Shown: positions 54,534 to 63,845, numbered from the stretch's first letter. The stretch is DNA of 64,000 bases from Candidatus Daviesbacteria bacterium (GCA_028712705.1 JAQTPP010000003.1:64052-128051), one strand, 5' to 3'. A program made the numbers and translations. The notes: generated by a model not told the origin, from the sequence alone.

Positions 54534-55107
54534 TTGCCACCGATTGTTTTGCATCAATAACAGATTTTCTAAGAGTCAAAAGATCCGTATGCAGCTTATC
54601 TCTTTGTATTTTAGCATCTATGCCAATTCTATTCTCTGAAGTCACCTGAATTGTATAATCATTTTGAGCTTGAACAGCAATCAAGGCTGATGCCGAAGCA
54701 ATAGCCGTTCTCGCAGAGACAATAGCAGCTTTTGCGCTGGCAGGATCTTTGATGTCCGGGGTCGGTTTACTTACTCTTGTCTCCAGCTTATCTAAAATTG
54801 AAGTCATTGTATCCAGATGTTTTTGCATTTGCGTAGTTTGGTTTTGATTTATTTGATTTAAGTTAGCGCTAATCCTGGCTGCTGCTGTTGCTTTCTTTTG
54901 ATCCCTGAATGTTTGCAGTTTCAACTTTAAAGCTGCTTCTCTGAAAGCCAGCTTTTCCCTCGTTAGTTGAATTTTGTTGGGTTCAACAGGCTTTCTTGCT
55001 GACGCTGTTCCCGGTAGATCTTCGGCAAATGCTAGACCGGCACTTGTAACTAGAACTGATAATCCAATTAATATTGCTGAGGCTTTTGAAAGACCGAATT
55101 TGAACAT
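54478..55107 (-). CDS. secreted coiled-coil protein
   Basis: 209 aa. Signal peptide MFKFGLSKASAILIGLSVLVTSAGLAFA. TTGACA-17-TAGATT promoter with 8 nt to the ATG. Confidence 0.5.
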   Translation of the reverse strand: MFKFGLSKASAILIGLSVLVTSAGLAFAEDLPGTASARKPVEPNKIQLTREKLAFREAALKLKLQTFRDQKKATAAARISANLNQINQNQTTQMQKHLDTMTSILDKLETRVSKPTPDIKDPASAKAAIVSARTAIASASALIAVQAQNDYTIQVTSENRIGIDAKIQRDKLHTDLLTLRKSVIDAKQSVANAIRVAKSGKEATTSGKQ

Positions 55108-55162
55108 TACAATCTAATCTATCAAAAGTCGGAATGTCTGTCAACTATTAAGTGGCGCGCCC

Positions 55163-55207
55163 GGAGGGATAATACACCCAATCGCGCCTTCGGCGGATTG
55201 GCGAACC
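55163..55207. other. conserved about 50-nt hairpin motif, copy B
   Basis: GGAGGGATAATACACCCAATCGCGCC-ttcg-GCGGATTGGCGAACC. The flanks match copy A (8828-8878); stem extended by compensatory GCGCC/GGCG. Confidence 0.5.
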
Positions 55208-55283
55208 GCTCTTTGAGCTAGGGTCGATTCCCAAACCGGACACTTTAAAAAATAACCGGCCATAAAGACCGGTATTTTTTAAG

Positions 55284-55356
55284 CGCGCCCAGAGGGATTC
55301 GGACCCCCGGCCTATTCGTTAGAACCGAATTGCTCTATCCGCTGAGCTATGGGCGC
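55284..55356 (-). tRNA. tRNA-Arg (anticodon TCT), unusual T-loop
   Basis: Reverse complement: GCGCCCATAGCTCAGCGGATAGAGC..., anticodon loop gtTCTaa, acceptor GCGCCCA/TGGGCGC. The T-loop reads TCCGAAT. Confidence 0.8.
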
Positions 55357-55397
55357 AATTGATCTATTTTATCAACTTGGATCTGATTTATCAAAAA

Positions 55398-55439
55398 CAT
55401 CCTACCTCCGAGGTAGTAGTGAAGCTACACCTAGGGTTT
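55398..55439. repeat. palindromic repeat (family 2), intergenic copy
   Basis: atCCTACCTCCGAGGTAGtagtgaagctacacctagggttt is homologous to 19441-19482. Confidence 0.5.
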
Positions 55440-56384
55440 CTATTTAGTTTGTAAATACACAATTAATTTTTTCAATCCTTCTTCAAGGCTAACTTTGGGT
55501 TCCCAGCCAAGCATTTCTCTGGCTTTTTGGATATCCGGACAACGCCGCATCGGATCATCTTTCGGCAAACTCCCAACTAAGGATATTTCTGAGCTGGTAT
55601 TTGTTAATTGCTTAATCTTTTCCGCCAATTCCAAAATAGTAAATTCCTGCGGATTGCCAAGATTATAAACTTCACCCTTTACTCCTTTTTCCATTGCTAA
55701 AGTAAGTCCGTCAATTAAATCGGATACGAAACAAAAGGACCTTGTTTGTTTGCCATCACCAAAAACCGGGAAAGGTTTATTTTGCAAAGCTGCCGTGACA
55801 AATTCAATCACTACCCTGCCGTCCGGGGCCATCCTTGGACCGTAAGTATTAAAAATGCGGATGATCTTTCCGTCTAAGTTATTGTAGCGGACAAATGCGG
55901 AAGTAACTGTTTCACCGAAACGTTTAGCTTCATCATAAACAGAACGCGGGCCTAAAGTGGAAACATTTCCCTGGTAAGTCTCTTTTTGAGGATGTTCCAG
56001 GGGATCTCCGTAAACCTCCGAAGTTGATGCAAATAAAAATTTAGCCCCCCGGGCCAGCGCTTCCTCGCACAAGCTCCATGTCCCAAATGTATTAACTTGC
56101 ATGGTGTCAAAAGGCAGAGCCTGATAGCTTTTAGGGTTATCTTTATTTGGGGATGCAGGAGAAGCCAGGTGATAGATCTGGTCAAAATCTAAATCCTGAG
56201 GTAATCCCTCACTGGCATCTGCCTGGATAAACTGGAAATTAGGACTCTGTTGCAGATGGACTATATTATTGAGGCTCCCTGTTAAAAGATTATCTATACA
56301 AATTACTTGATGGTCAAGTTCCACTAATTTATCGCAAAGGTGCGACCCTAAAAATCCGGCTCCTCCGGTAACTATAATTACCAT
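55440..56384 (-). CDS. NAD-dependent sugar-nucleotide decarboxylase/epimerase (UDP-glucuronate decarboxylase-like)
   Basis: MVIIVTGGAGFLGSHL Rossmann start, YxxxK catalytic motif, high overall SDR-extended similarity. The ORF track extends to 56447. Confidence 0.8.
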   Translation of the reverse strand: MVIIVTGGAGFLGSHLCDKLVELDHQVICIDNLLTGSLNNIVHLQQSPNFQFIQADASEGLPQDLDFDQIYHLASPASPNKDNPKSYQALPFDTMQVNTFGTWSLCEEALARGAKFLFASTSEVYGDPLEHPQKETYQGNVSTLGPRSVYDEAKRFGETVTSAFVRYNNLDGKIIRIFNTYGPRMAPDGRVVIEFVTAALQNKPFPVFGDGKQTRSFCFVSDLIDGLTLAMEKGVKGEVYNLGNPQEFTILELAEKIKQLTNTSSEISLVGSLPKDDPMRRCPDIQKAREMLGWEPKVSLEEGLKKLIVYLQTK

Positions 56385-56435
56385 ATTTTGATAATACCAC
56401 AGTTTCACATTTAAACTTTTCTTAAAAGTGATAAA

Positions 56436-58193
56436 ATGGTAGCCCAAATGTTTAAATCTCTCATTCTCTCGTTATCTGCCGCCTGCTACTTACTATTTGC
56501 TGTTCCAGTTGCTCATGCGATTGTTGATCCGCTCTCCGTACCTAATAACAAATTCGGTATCCATATTATCCAGGCTACCCCTGACGAATCTTCCCCTGCC
56601 GCACAACTGGTCAATACTAATGGTGACTGGGGTTATATTACGGTTTTAATTGAAAGCAAAGATAGAAATAGCGGGAAATGGCAGGAGTTTTTCAACGACC
56701 TGCGCCGCAGACACCTGATTCCCCTTGTCAGATTAGCTACAGAGCCTGAAGGCGACTGCTGGAAAAGGCCTTACGAGGGAGAGGAGAAAGCCTGGGTTGA
56801 TTTTTTAGACGACTTAAACTGGCCGACTAAAAACCGGTATGTCATTGTTTACAATGAGCCCAACCATGCTAAAGAATGGGGAAATAAAGTTGACGCCAGT
56901 CTTTACGCAAAAGTGTTAGATCAGTTTGTTGCAGCGCTTAAAAACAAAAATCAGGACTTTTTTGTACTCAATGCCGGTTTTGATGCTTCCGCTCCTTCCA
57001 ACCCGCCTGCATTTGAAGATCAGGTAGTATTTATGAAAAAAATGAATGAGGCGGTACCGGGCATATTTGAAAAACTGGACGGATGGGTATCTCACAGCTA
57101 TCCTAATCCCGGTTTTGTTGGCTTTCCGGATGCGGTGGGCCGGGGAACTGTTAGAACTTATGCCTGGGAGATACAACAGCTTCGCAACTTAGGTGTGAGT
57201 AAAAATTTACCGATATTTATTACTGAAACAGGCTGGAAGCATGCCGAAGGATTAGACTTCGATCCGTGGCTGCCAAAAGTAGACACTGTTAATGAATATT
57301 ACCGGCAAGCCTTTGAAAGCGCCTGGAATATCAGCAGAATTGTTGCGGTAACTCCTTTTTTACTAAACTATCAGGAAACCCTTTTTGACCACTTTTCGTT
57401 TAAAAAAATCGCTGCAGAGGGACAGGAGTATTATTCCATGTATCAAACAATACGGGATTTACCCAAAGTTGACGGAAAACCGGTTCAGGAAAATAAAGCA
57501 AAACTCACTCAGGGTGAAATCTATTCGTCCGTAGTTTCAGGACAAAACTATGTTGTTTCTCTAACCTTTAAAAATACCGGCCAATCTATCTGGAATGACC
57601 CACAAGGCAAGTTTGAAGAGGTTAAGCTTGCGGCAACGGAAGGGGCAAAAGAGCTGGGAATTGATCCGGTTGCGATTCCAAAAGAAATTAGCGTGGAACC
57701 CGGGAAGGAATATACATTTCAAGTAAGACTAAGAAGCCCTTTAAGCGGAACCTACAAGGTAGCTCTAAACTTATTTAAAGAAGAGAAACAGTTCGATTTT
57801 ACGCAGAAAAATAGTCCCACGGTTTATTCGAATAATTTGGAATTTACCACAGTGGTCAAATCTCCGGTCATACTTAAAATTAAAGGTGGACTTTCCTGGA
57901 AGGAAGATTTCTCAGGCAATTATATTTTGTCAATTAAAGGAGCAACCGGAGAAAATTCGCAAAACATAAATCTTGATAAAAACGGTTTATCTGCTGAAAT
58001 TGAAGCAAGATACTTGCTTCCTGATTATGCTTTTGATTTTGCTTTGGAAAAACCATATTATCAGCCTTCTAAGCTACAACAAACTATGCATGCCGGTGTA
58101 AATATATTGGATTTTGGCAAGCTCAACCCGGATATTCTTTCTGCATTATTCAATTTCCGTGAATTCTGGAAACTACTACCATTTTCTAAATAA
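56436..58193 (+). CDS. secreted hypothetical protein (possible carbohydrate-active TIM-barrel plus beta-sandwich domains)
   Basis: 585 aa. Signal peptide MVAQMFKSLILSLSAACYLLFAVPVAHA; no confident family assignment. Confidence 0.5.
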   Translation: MVAQMFKSLILSLSAACYLLFAVPVAHAIVDPLSVPNNKFGIHIIQATPDESSPAAQLVNTNGDWGYITVLIESKDRNSGKWQEFFNDLRRRHLIPLVRLATEPEGDCWKRPYEGEEKAWVDFLDDLNWPTKNRYVIVYNEPNHAKEWGNKVDASLYAKVLDQFVAALKNKNQDFFVLNAGFDASAPSNPPAFEDQVVFMKKMNEAVPGIFEKLDGWVSHSYPNPGFVGFPDAVGRGTVRTYAWEIQQLRNLGVSKNLPIFITETGWKHAEGLDFDPWLPKVDTVNEYYRQAFESAWNISRIVAVTPFLLNYQETLFDHFSFKKIAAEGQEYYSMYQTIRDLPKVDGKPVQENKAKLTQGEIYSSVVSGQNYVVSLTFKNTGQSIWNDPQGKFEEVKLAATEGAKELGIDPVAIPKEISVEPGKEYTFQVRLRSPLSGTYKVALNLFKEEKQFDFTQKNSPTVYSNNLEFTTVVKSPVILKIKGGLSWKEDFSGNYILSIKGATGENSQNINLDKNGLSAEIEARYLLPDYAFDFALEKPYYQPSKLQQTMHAGVNILDFGKLNPDILSALFNFREFWKLLPFSK

Positions 58194-58202
58194 TCCTCTC
58201 CC

Positions 58203-58298
58203 CTGTCATTCTGAGGCGATTAGCCGAAGAATCTAATTAATAACTTTGCTGATACTCCAACAGAGATCCTTCGTCGCTTTGCTCCTCAGGATGACAAT
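58203..58298. repeat. MITE-like palindromic element
   Basis: Terminal inverted repeats CTGTCATTCTGAGG and CCTCAGGATGACAA. The interior gcgattagccgaagaatc / gatccttcgtcgctttgc is imperfectly palindromic. Same termini as 799-878. Confidence 0.6.
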
Positions 58299-58495
58299 TT
58301 GTGTTTAGAGATTGTACACAAATTGTCAATTTTGCTATATTTTGATCTATTTTAGCCTAGTTGACAAGGCACTATTTATATAATAAAGTGATAGAACCTT
58401 ATAAATCGTAAGATCTGTAAGGTTCTCTAGGAATCCCGCTGCAAGGCGGGATTTTTAGTGGAGAATTTGCGGGTAAACTGTTAAAATATATGTAC

Positions 58496-58569
58496 GGTGG
58501 TGTGTGCCGAACGGTTTAGGCGTCGCCCTGTGGAGGCGATTTTAGCGGGTTCGACTCCCGTACACCACC
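58496..58569 (+). tRNA. tRNA-His (anticodon GTG) with encoded G-1
   Basis: G-GTGGTGTGTGCCGAACGGTTTAGGC..., anticodon loop ctGTGga, T-loop TTCGACT, acceptor GTGGTGT/ACACCAC. Extra 5' G pairs with discriminator C. Confidence 0.8.
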
Positions 58570-58892
58570 CCTAATGAGGTATGACCTTGCTCTATCCTTT
58601 TGATTAGTTTGAAGGGAAGCCCTAAATCCTCGGTTCTAAATCCTGGATAAGTATAAGTAACATTTTTAGGGAAAATAGAACCGCTTAAAGCTTTTCTTTG
58701 TTCCAACGTTCCTTCTACCCAGGCAGAAGTTATATTACCTAATAACCCCTTCATAAAAGTTACAACCACTTCAATATCAATTTCTTGTAGCTTAGCTTCA
58801 CTCTTAACTGATTTCTTTATAATTATTTCATCCTCAATTGAAGCAAGCTGCTCTCTATAAACTTCATCTACGAATAAGTAATCCAGTTCCAT
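58542..58892 (-). CDS. hypothetical ORF whose last 9 codons are antisense to the tRNA-His 3' end
   Basis: 116-aa ORF; the C-terminal ...GVVYGSRTR is encoded by the reverse complement of the tRNA T-arm and acceptor. Possibly a truncated or fused gene at an integration junction. Confidence 0.35.
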   Translation of the reverse strand: MELDYLFVDEVYREQLASIEDEIIIKKSVKSEAKLQEIDIEVVVTFMKGLLGNITSAWVEGTLEQRKALSGSIFPKNVTYTYPGFRTEDLGLPFKLIKRIEQGHTSLGVVYGSRTR

Positions 58893-58925
58893 TAGTGGGC
58901 AACAATTGTTAAGATATACGTATAA

Positions 58926-59690
58926 ATGACATTTGAAGAGCTGAGATCACTCATAAGTGATACTATTTTTAATATTTCACTGAATGCTCAAGCTAAAGTT
59001 GATAAAGATTTTAAAAAAGATATTGATAATTCTATTTACATAATTTCTAAATCTTTTTTAATCCTAGATACAATTTTGAATCACACTGATCAAGAGAAGG
59101 TATCTGATAGGGTTTTTGACAGTCAGGCAATATTGTGGCAAGGAGGAAATTCCTTGATAGGAAGTCTTCAATTAATTAGACAGGGTTATACCTTGGAGCC
59201 TCAATTTCTTATGAGGTATGCTATAGAAAATTTGGCTATGGTTTTAAGTTTCCATACAGAAAACGCAGAATTATACTATCAAAAATTTAACAATGGCGAC
59301 CTTTCAGGAGAAAAATGTGTAGGAGAGGCAAGAAAATTAGTTAAACAAATAGGACCTATATACGGATTGCTTAGCGAAGTTACTCACCCCTCTAAAAAAA
59401 CCCTGGGTTATCTTTACATGTTGGAAAGAAAAACTGTTTTAATTGGCGGAGGAGTCACTGATACAACCCTTCATAGGGTTAAGATGAATTTGGCTATCCT
59501 TCAATTCTTATCAAACATTTACTGGAGTAGTTCAGAATTAATATTTAGTGATTACCTTGATAAATATACATTCTGGAGTAAGGATGGAGACATAATGAAA
59601 TGGGCTCCAAAAGAAGAGGAGAAGGATATCTACGAGAGGAGTTTATCCTTGTTCCAAGAAGCAATTTCAGCATTAACTCAAAAAAGTTGA
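58926..59690 (+). CDS. hypothetical protein
   Basis: 254-aa ORF; no motif recognised. Confidence 0.5.
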   Translation: MTFEELRSLISDTIFNISLNAQAKVDKDFKKDIDNSIYIISKSFLILDTILNHTDQEKVSDRVFDSQAILWQGGNSLIGSLQLIRQGYTLEPQFLMRYAIENLAMVLSFHTENAELYYQKFNNGDLSGEKCVGEARKLVKQIGPIYGLLSEVTHPSKKTLGYLYMLERKTVLIGGGVTDTTLHRVKMNLAILQFLSNIYWSSSELIFSDYLDKYTFWSKDGDIMKWAPKEEEKDIYERSLSLFQEAISALTQKS

Positions 59691-59714
59691 GTTGTGAGTT
59701 AAAATTGACAATGC

Positions 59715-59957
59715 TCATTCAGAAATATATTGCAGAAATCTAATTCCAAAGTTGGTTAAACTATAATCCTTACCCCCTCCACCTCCAAAACTGGATGCGC
59801 CTGTTTTAATATCTAAAATTCCAAGAGTTACCATTTCTGATATGCAGTCATATATTTCTGTCTGTTTTGCTCTCTGGCGAGTTTCAGCTCTGTGCTGCAA
59901 ATCTGAAGGCCAACCTTCATTATTTTTTATACTATACTCCTCTTTTACTTTTAGCAT
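59715..59957 (-). CDS. hypothetical small protein
   Basis: 80-aa ORF with a GGGGG stretch. Confidence 0.4.
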   Translation of the reverse strand: MLKVKEEYSIKNNEGWPSDLQHRAETRQRAKQTEIYDCISEMVTLGILDIKTGASSFGGGGGKDYSLTNFGIRFLQYISE

Positions 59958-59996
59958 ATGTGGAGCTAAATTAACATTTAGCCACCGACTTACAGG

Positions 59997-60401
59997 TTAC
60001 CAAGCTGATTTTTGTATTAACAATTGGTCATGCCACCATTCTTTGCTTCTATCTGAAGTTTTATATTGGTCCTTATTTAGTCTTTCTTGAATCTCTTTTT
60101 CTAGTTCTGGCTGTATCTCTTTCTTGAAGAAAACTAAAAATTCTAAAGATGGGATGGTTATTCTAGCTAAACAATCATTTAGCCGCTCTAATTCATAATG
60201 CTCTTTATCCTCTGCAGCCACAAATCCTAAAAGAATTTTCTTTAGAATATCTTTTTTTGCTTTTGTTCTAGATTTCAAATATTCCTCAAAAAAAATTAAA
60301 AATCCTTCCTGAAATTCTTTACTTTGAATGATTTCTTTCCTAAATTCTTCGGGGTGTTCTTGGATAAACTCTGATACTTCATTTACTTTTTCCTGTTTCA
60401 A
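59997..60401 (-). CDS. hypothetical protein
   Basis: 134-aa ORF with a TTG start abutting the stop of an upstream 47-codon ORF (TAA then TTG). Confidence 0.45.
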   Translation of the reverse strand: MKQEKVNEVSEFIQEHPEEFRKEIIQSKEFQEGFLIFFEEYLKSRTKAKKDILKKILLGFVAAEDKEHYELERLNDCLARITIPSLEFLVFFKKEIQPELEKEIQERLNKDQYKTSDRSKEWWHDQLLIQKSAW

Positions 60402-60545
60402 TTACATTAAGGCTGGGAAAAAACCATAGATTAGAGCAAAAATCGCACCCCAAACAGGATCAATATTAAATAAAGGCAAAAGTCCTGGTATTAATACTCC
60501 TACTTGTTGCGTTACAGCTTCTACGGAAACCAGACCTTTACTCAT
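60402..60545 (-). CDS. possible 47-aa small membrane protein
   Basis: MSKGLVSVEAVTQQVGVLIPGLLPLFNIDPVWGAIFALIYGFFPALM. Below the ORF-track length cutoff. Translationally coupled to the next gene. Confidence 0.3.
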   Translation of the reverse strand: MSKGLVSVEAVTQQVGVLIPGLLPLFNIDPVWGAIFALIYGFFPALM

Positions 60546-60699
60546 ACTCGGAAGTATATCAGATTACTTGAAAAACCTGTCTGAGTTTAAAAATATCAAG
60601 CACAAGTGGTTCTAGGAGCTCATCATTAAGAACCCCATAGTATTTTTGTAATTAATTGTAGGGTCTGTTATAATACTCTTGTTTGAATAGGCATAATTA

Positions 60700-61179
60700 C
60701 ATCGCAAAAGTTCTTCACGACAAGAGTCATCGTTCAGATGCTCTAATTGTCGTGCAATCCTCTCAGCAGATCCATTAGGTTCTAAACACAGAAATCATTG
60801 TCCGTCCTGCCTATGGTCCAAACATGTTGACCTTGCTACCCCTGGAGACAGAAGGTCAGATTGTTGTGCAAGAATGCAGCCGATATCATTAGCCTTTAAA
60901 AATTACAGAGTAAATCCATTTACTGGTAGGGGTAATGGTGAACTGATGATAATTCATCAATGTCTAAATTGTGGCAAGATTTCTCCTAACCGGATAGCCG
61001 GAGATGATAACGAGTATCAGATTCTCTCTATTTTGAAGGAATCCTTAAATTTGAATGAAAGTATAGCCATCCCACTTAAAAACCTGGGGTTAGAACTTAT
61101 TACGGCTTTGAATAAAGAAGAAGCGCTTATCTCATTATTTGGGATCAATTACCGGAAATATTTAAAAAATTGTGATTAA
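60700..61179 (+). CDS. RNHCP-domain zinc-ribbon protein, start codon unclear
   Basis: The frame is open from 60697. It encodes FRCSNCRAILSADPLGSKHRNHCPSCLWSKHVDLATPGDRRSDCCARMQPISL... (RNHCP signature). The first in-frame ATG is only at 60874, after the core motif. Confidence 0.5.
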   Translation, partial: HRKSSSRQESSFRCSNCRAILSADPLGSKHRNHCPSCLWSKHVDLATPGDRRSDCCARMQPISLAFKNYRVNPFTGRGNGELMIIHQCLNCGKISPNRIAGDDNEYQILSILKESLNLNESIAIPLKNLGLELITALNKEEALISLFGINYRKYLKNCD

Positions 61180-61403
61180 TTAATTAATTAAAATATGTTT
61201 GTAAATTTCCAATTCCTGAGGCTTACATAGGCTAAAATAGGTTCTAACATCGTACGCTAGACCACCCCAAACATTTTTAGCCTCAATTTTAGGTACCACT
61301 GAAAGGACATATTGCAGCGAGTATTTATATGAGTAATAGTAATCAGGAATAATAAATTGAGGTTTAAATTTCTTAAGTTGGGTATGAAGTAAGTCTAATT
61401 GTC

Positions 61404-61754
61404 TTAAGCTTGGGGTATATCTGGTATGAGAGGTAAATCCAGGTGTTTTTTGATTTCATCAATTTCTCTTTTGTCTCTTTGATGCCAAAGGCCTATTTCG
61501 TCTCTTATTCCCTTAACATCCATAAGTAATTGTTCTGTATCGCCGGCTATAGCCTCTAATCTTCTTGAATGATCTTCTAGAGTTTCATCTATACTATCCA
61601 ATTTATCATTTAGAACAGATTGTTTATCTTTTATCAAGGTTAATTGCGCGGAATAAATTGACTGATTAGTCTCAACTTTATCTACTTTATGATTGATAAC
61701 CTCTATTAGCTCTTTGATGTCCTTAAGTGTGTTTTTTAAATGATCATTAGTCAT
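61404..61754 (-). CDS. hypothetical coiled-coil protein
   Basis: 116-aa ORF with heptad-like pattern. Confidence 0.45.
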   Translation of the reverse strand: MTNDHLKNTLKDIKELIEVINHKVDKVETNQSIYSAQLTLIKDKQSVLNDKLDSIDETLEDHSRRLEAIAGDTEQLLMDVKGIRDEIGLWHQRDKREIDEIKKHLDLPLIPDIPQA

Positions 61755-61829
61755 AAATTTGATCCTAGTCTAATTTCTTTAAAAAGACAAGATAGATTAT
61801 CTATATCAAGCATTTAAACATTCATTCAA

Positions 61830-63014
61830 TTATTTTGTAACACTTAAGTTCAATTTCCTATAAAAAACTATAAATAATAAAAGTGCAAAAAACGCCATAA
61901 AGCTCCCGTAGAAAAAAGTTGTGTGAGGATTTATATAATACCACAAAAGTCCTCCGACAAACGATGCCAGAAATGTGCCTATAGCAGTGAGCGTGTAATA
62001 TGCCCCGAAATATGTTCCTGATTCCTTTTTATCAATAAATTCAGAAATATAGGCTTTTGAAACACCATCTGTTGCGGCGATATAAATTCCGTAAATCGGG
62101 AAAAGAAACCAGATCCAAAACGATGAATTTGTTAAACCGAAACACAGGTACACTATTGAAAAAACTAATAATCCTCCGGCAAAAATCTTTCTGGGACCGA
62201 TTTTATCGGCTAACATCCCGGCCGGAGTGGCAAATACGGTTTGTGAAATGTTATAAAGCACATACGCCAGAACAACTAATGTCGTTGTCAGTCCCAAATT
62301 TTTAGCCTGCAGTAATATAAATACATCAGAACTGTTACCGGCCGAGAATATAAAACTTATAAGCAAAAATAATTTTAACCTGGAATCCATATTTCTGAAA
62401 TTTATTCTCAAGAATTTACTTTTTTCTTTTCTAATTCCCGTATTTTTTTCCTTGACTAATACAATAAGCAGTATTACTGCAACCAGAGCCGGTATAAATG
62501 CAATAAAAAATGTCTGTCTGATATTGTCTTTTAAGAAAAATAATACTACTAGCGCTAGAAGAGGACCGATCGTCGCGCCTAAACTATCAAATGCCCGGTG
62601 AAATCCGAAGATATATCCCCTGTTTTGAAGGTTGGCGTTTTCCAATAAAAGACTGTCTCTCGGAGCCGTCCTTAAACCTTTTCCTACCCTGTCAATAATT
62701 CTGGCAAACAAAACCATTGGCCATCCGACAGCCAAACCAATTAGGATTTTGGAGATTGCGGCAAAAGAATAGCCTACTGTCACAAACACTTTTCGTTTTT
62801 GCACATAATCTGAATATGCGCCGAAGAAGTATTTGGTGGTGCTGGCCAGCGCTTCTACCACACCTTCAATAAGTCCTACAACCGGAATGGATGTATGCAA
62901 TACCGTAGTTAAAAAAATAGGTACAATCGGGTAAATCATTTCTGACGCCAAGTCATTAAAGAAACTGACCAGTCCTAATACAGTCACATTTTTAGGAATT
63001 TTACGAAAAATCAT
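61830..63014 (-). CDS. MFS transporter
   Basis: 394 aa, 12 predicted TM helices, MFS loop motif GRIIDRVGKG. Confidence 0.8.
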   Translation of the reverse strand: MIFRKIPKNVTVLGLVSFFNDLASEMIYPIVPIFLTTVLHTSIPVVGLIEGVVEALASTTKYFFGAYSDYVQKRKVFVTVGYSFAAISKILIGLAVGWPMVLFARIIDRVGKGLRTAPRDSLLLENANLQNRGYIFGFHRAFDSLGATIGPLLALVVLFFLKDNIRQTFFIAFIPALVAVILLIVLVKEKNTGIRKEKSKFLRINFRNMDSRLKLFLLISFIFSAGNSSDVFILLQAKNLGLTTTLVVLAYVLYNISQTVFATPAGMLADKIGPRKIFAGGLLVFSIVYLCFGLTNSSFWIWFLFPIYGIYIAATDGVSKAYISEFIDKKESGTYFGAYYTLTAIGTFLASFVGGLLWYYINPHTTFFYGSFMAFFALLLFIVFYRKLNLSVTK

Positions 63015-63091
63015 ATGTTAAGCATAGGTAAAAATAGTATTTTTATCAAGCCAGACTATTATTGACAAGTCAAACTGCTTATCTTTAATAT

Positions 63092-63838
63092 ATGCATATG
63101 AATAATCCCCGGGATATTAAAAAAATAGTTAAACAATCGTATGGTAATATCGCTAAAACCTCAGGCGGTTGTGGTAGTTGCAACTGCAATTCCAACCAGA
63201 CTGTTCAGTTACAGTCAGGACAAATTGGTTATTCGCAAGATGAGATGAATAAAGCTCCTGATGGTTCAAACTTAGGATTAGGCTGTGGTAATCCAGTTGC
63301 AATTGCCTCATTAAAGCCAGGTGAGGTGGTTTTGGATTTAGGCTCCGGGGCGGGGTTTGATGCTTTTTTGGCTGCAAGAAAAGTCGGTAATACAGGCAAA
63401 GTTGTGGGAATTGATATGACAGATGAAATGCTTGAAAAAGCCAGGGAAAATGCTAAAAAGGACGGTTTTACAAATGTTGAGTTTAGGAAAGGAGATATTG
63501 AGCACCTGCCGGTTGAAGATAGCTCAATCAATGTAATTATCTCAAACTGCGTTATAAATTTAGCTCCCAATAAAGAAAAAGTGTTTAAAGAGGCATACAG
63601 AGTATTAAAAACTGGCGGAAGATTAATGGTTTCAGATGTTGTCTTGATCAAACCTTTACCAGATGAGCTAAGAAATGATGCAGATTTGTTGATAGGTTGT
63701 GTCAGCGGTGCGATTTTGAAACAAGATTATCTAAGACTTCTTGTAAGTGCCGGATTTTCAAATCTTACTATTCACAAAGAAATACCGGCCTTTTTACCGG
63801 AATACGCAACAAGTATTACCTATTCAGCAGTGAAGTAA
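63092..63838 (+). CDS. ArsM-like SAM-dependent methyltransferase
   Basis: Cys-rich N-terminus (GGCGSCNCN), motif [12 protein letters not shown], conserved Cys in LGCGNP. Adjacent to the MFS transporter. Confidence 0.65.
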   Translation: MHMNNPRDIKKIVKQSYGNIAKTSGGCGSCNCNSNQTVQLQSGQIGYSQDEMNKAPDGSNLGLGCGNPVAIASLKPGEVVLDLGSGAGFDAFLAARKVGNTGKVVGIDMTDEMLEKARENAKKDGFTNVEFRKGDIEHLPVEDSSINVIISNCVINLAPNKEKVFKEAYRVLKTGGRLMVSDVVLIKPLPDELRNDADLLIGCVSGAILKQDYLRLLVSAGFSNLTIHKEIPAFLPEYATSITYSAVK

Positions 63839-63845
63839 TCTTCTT

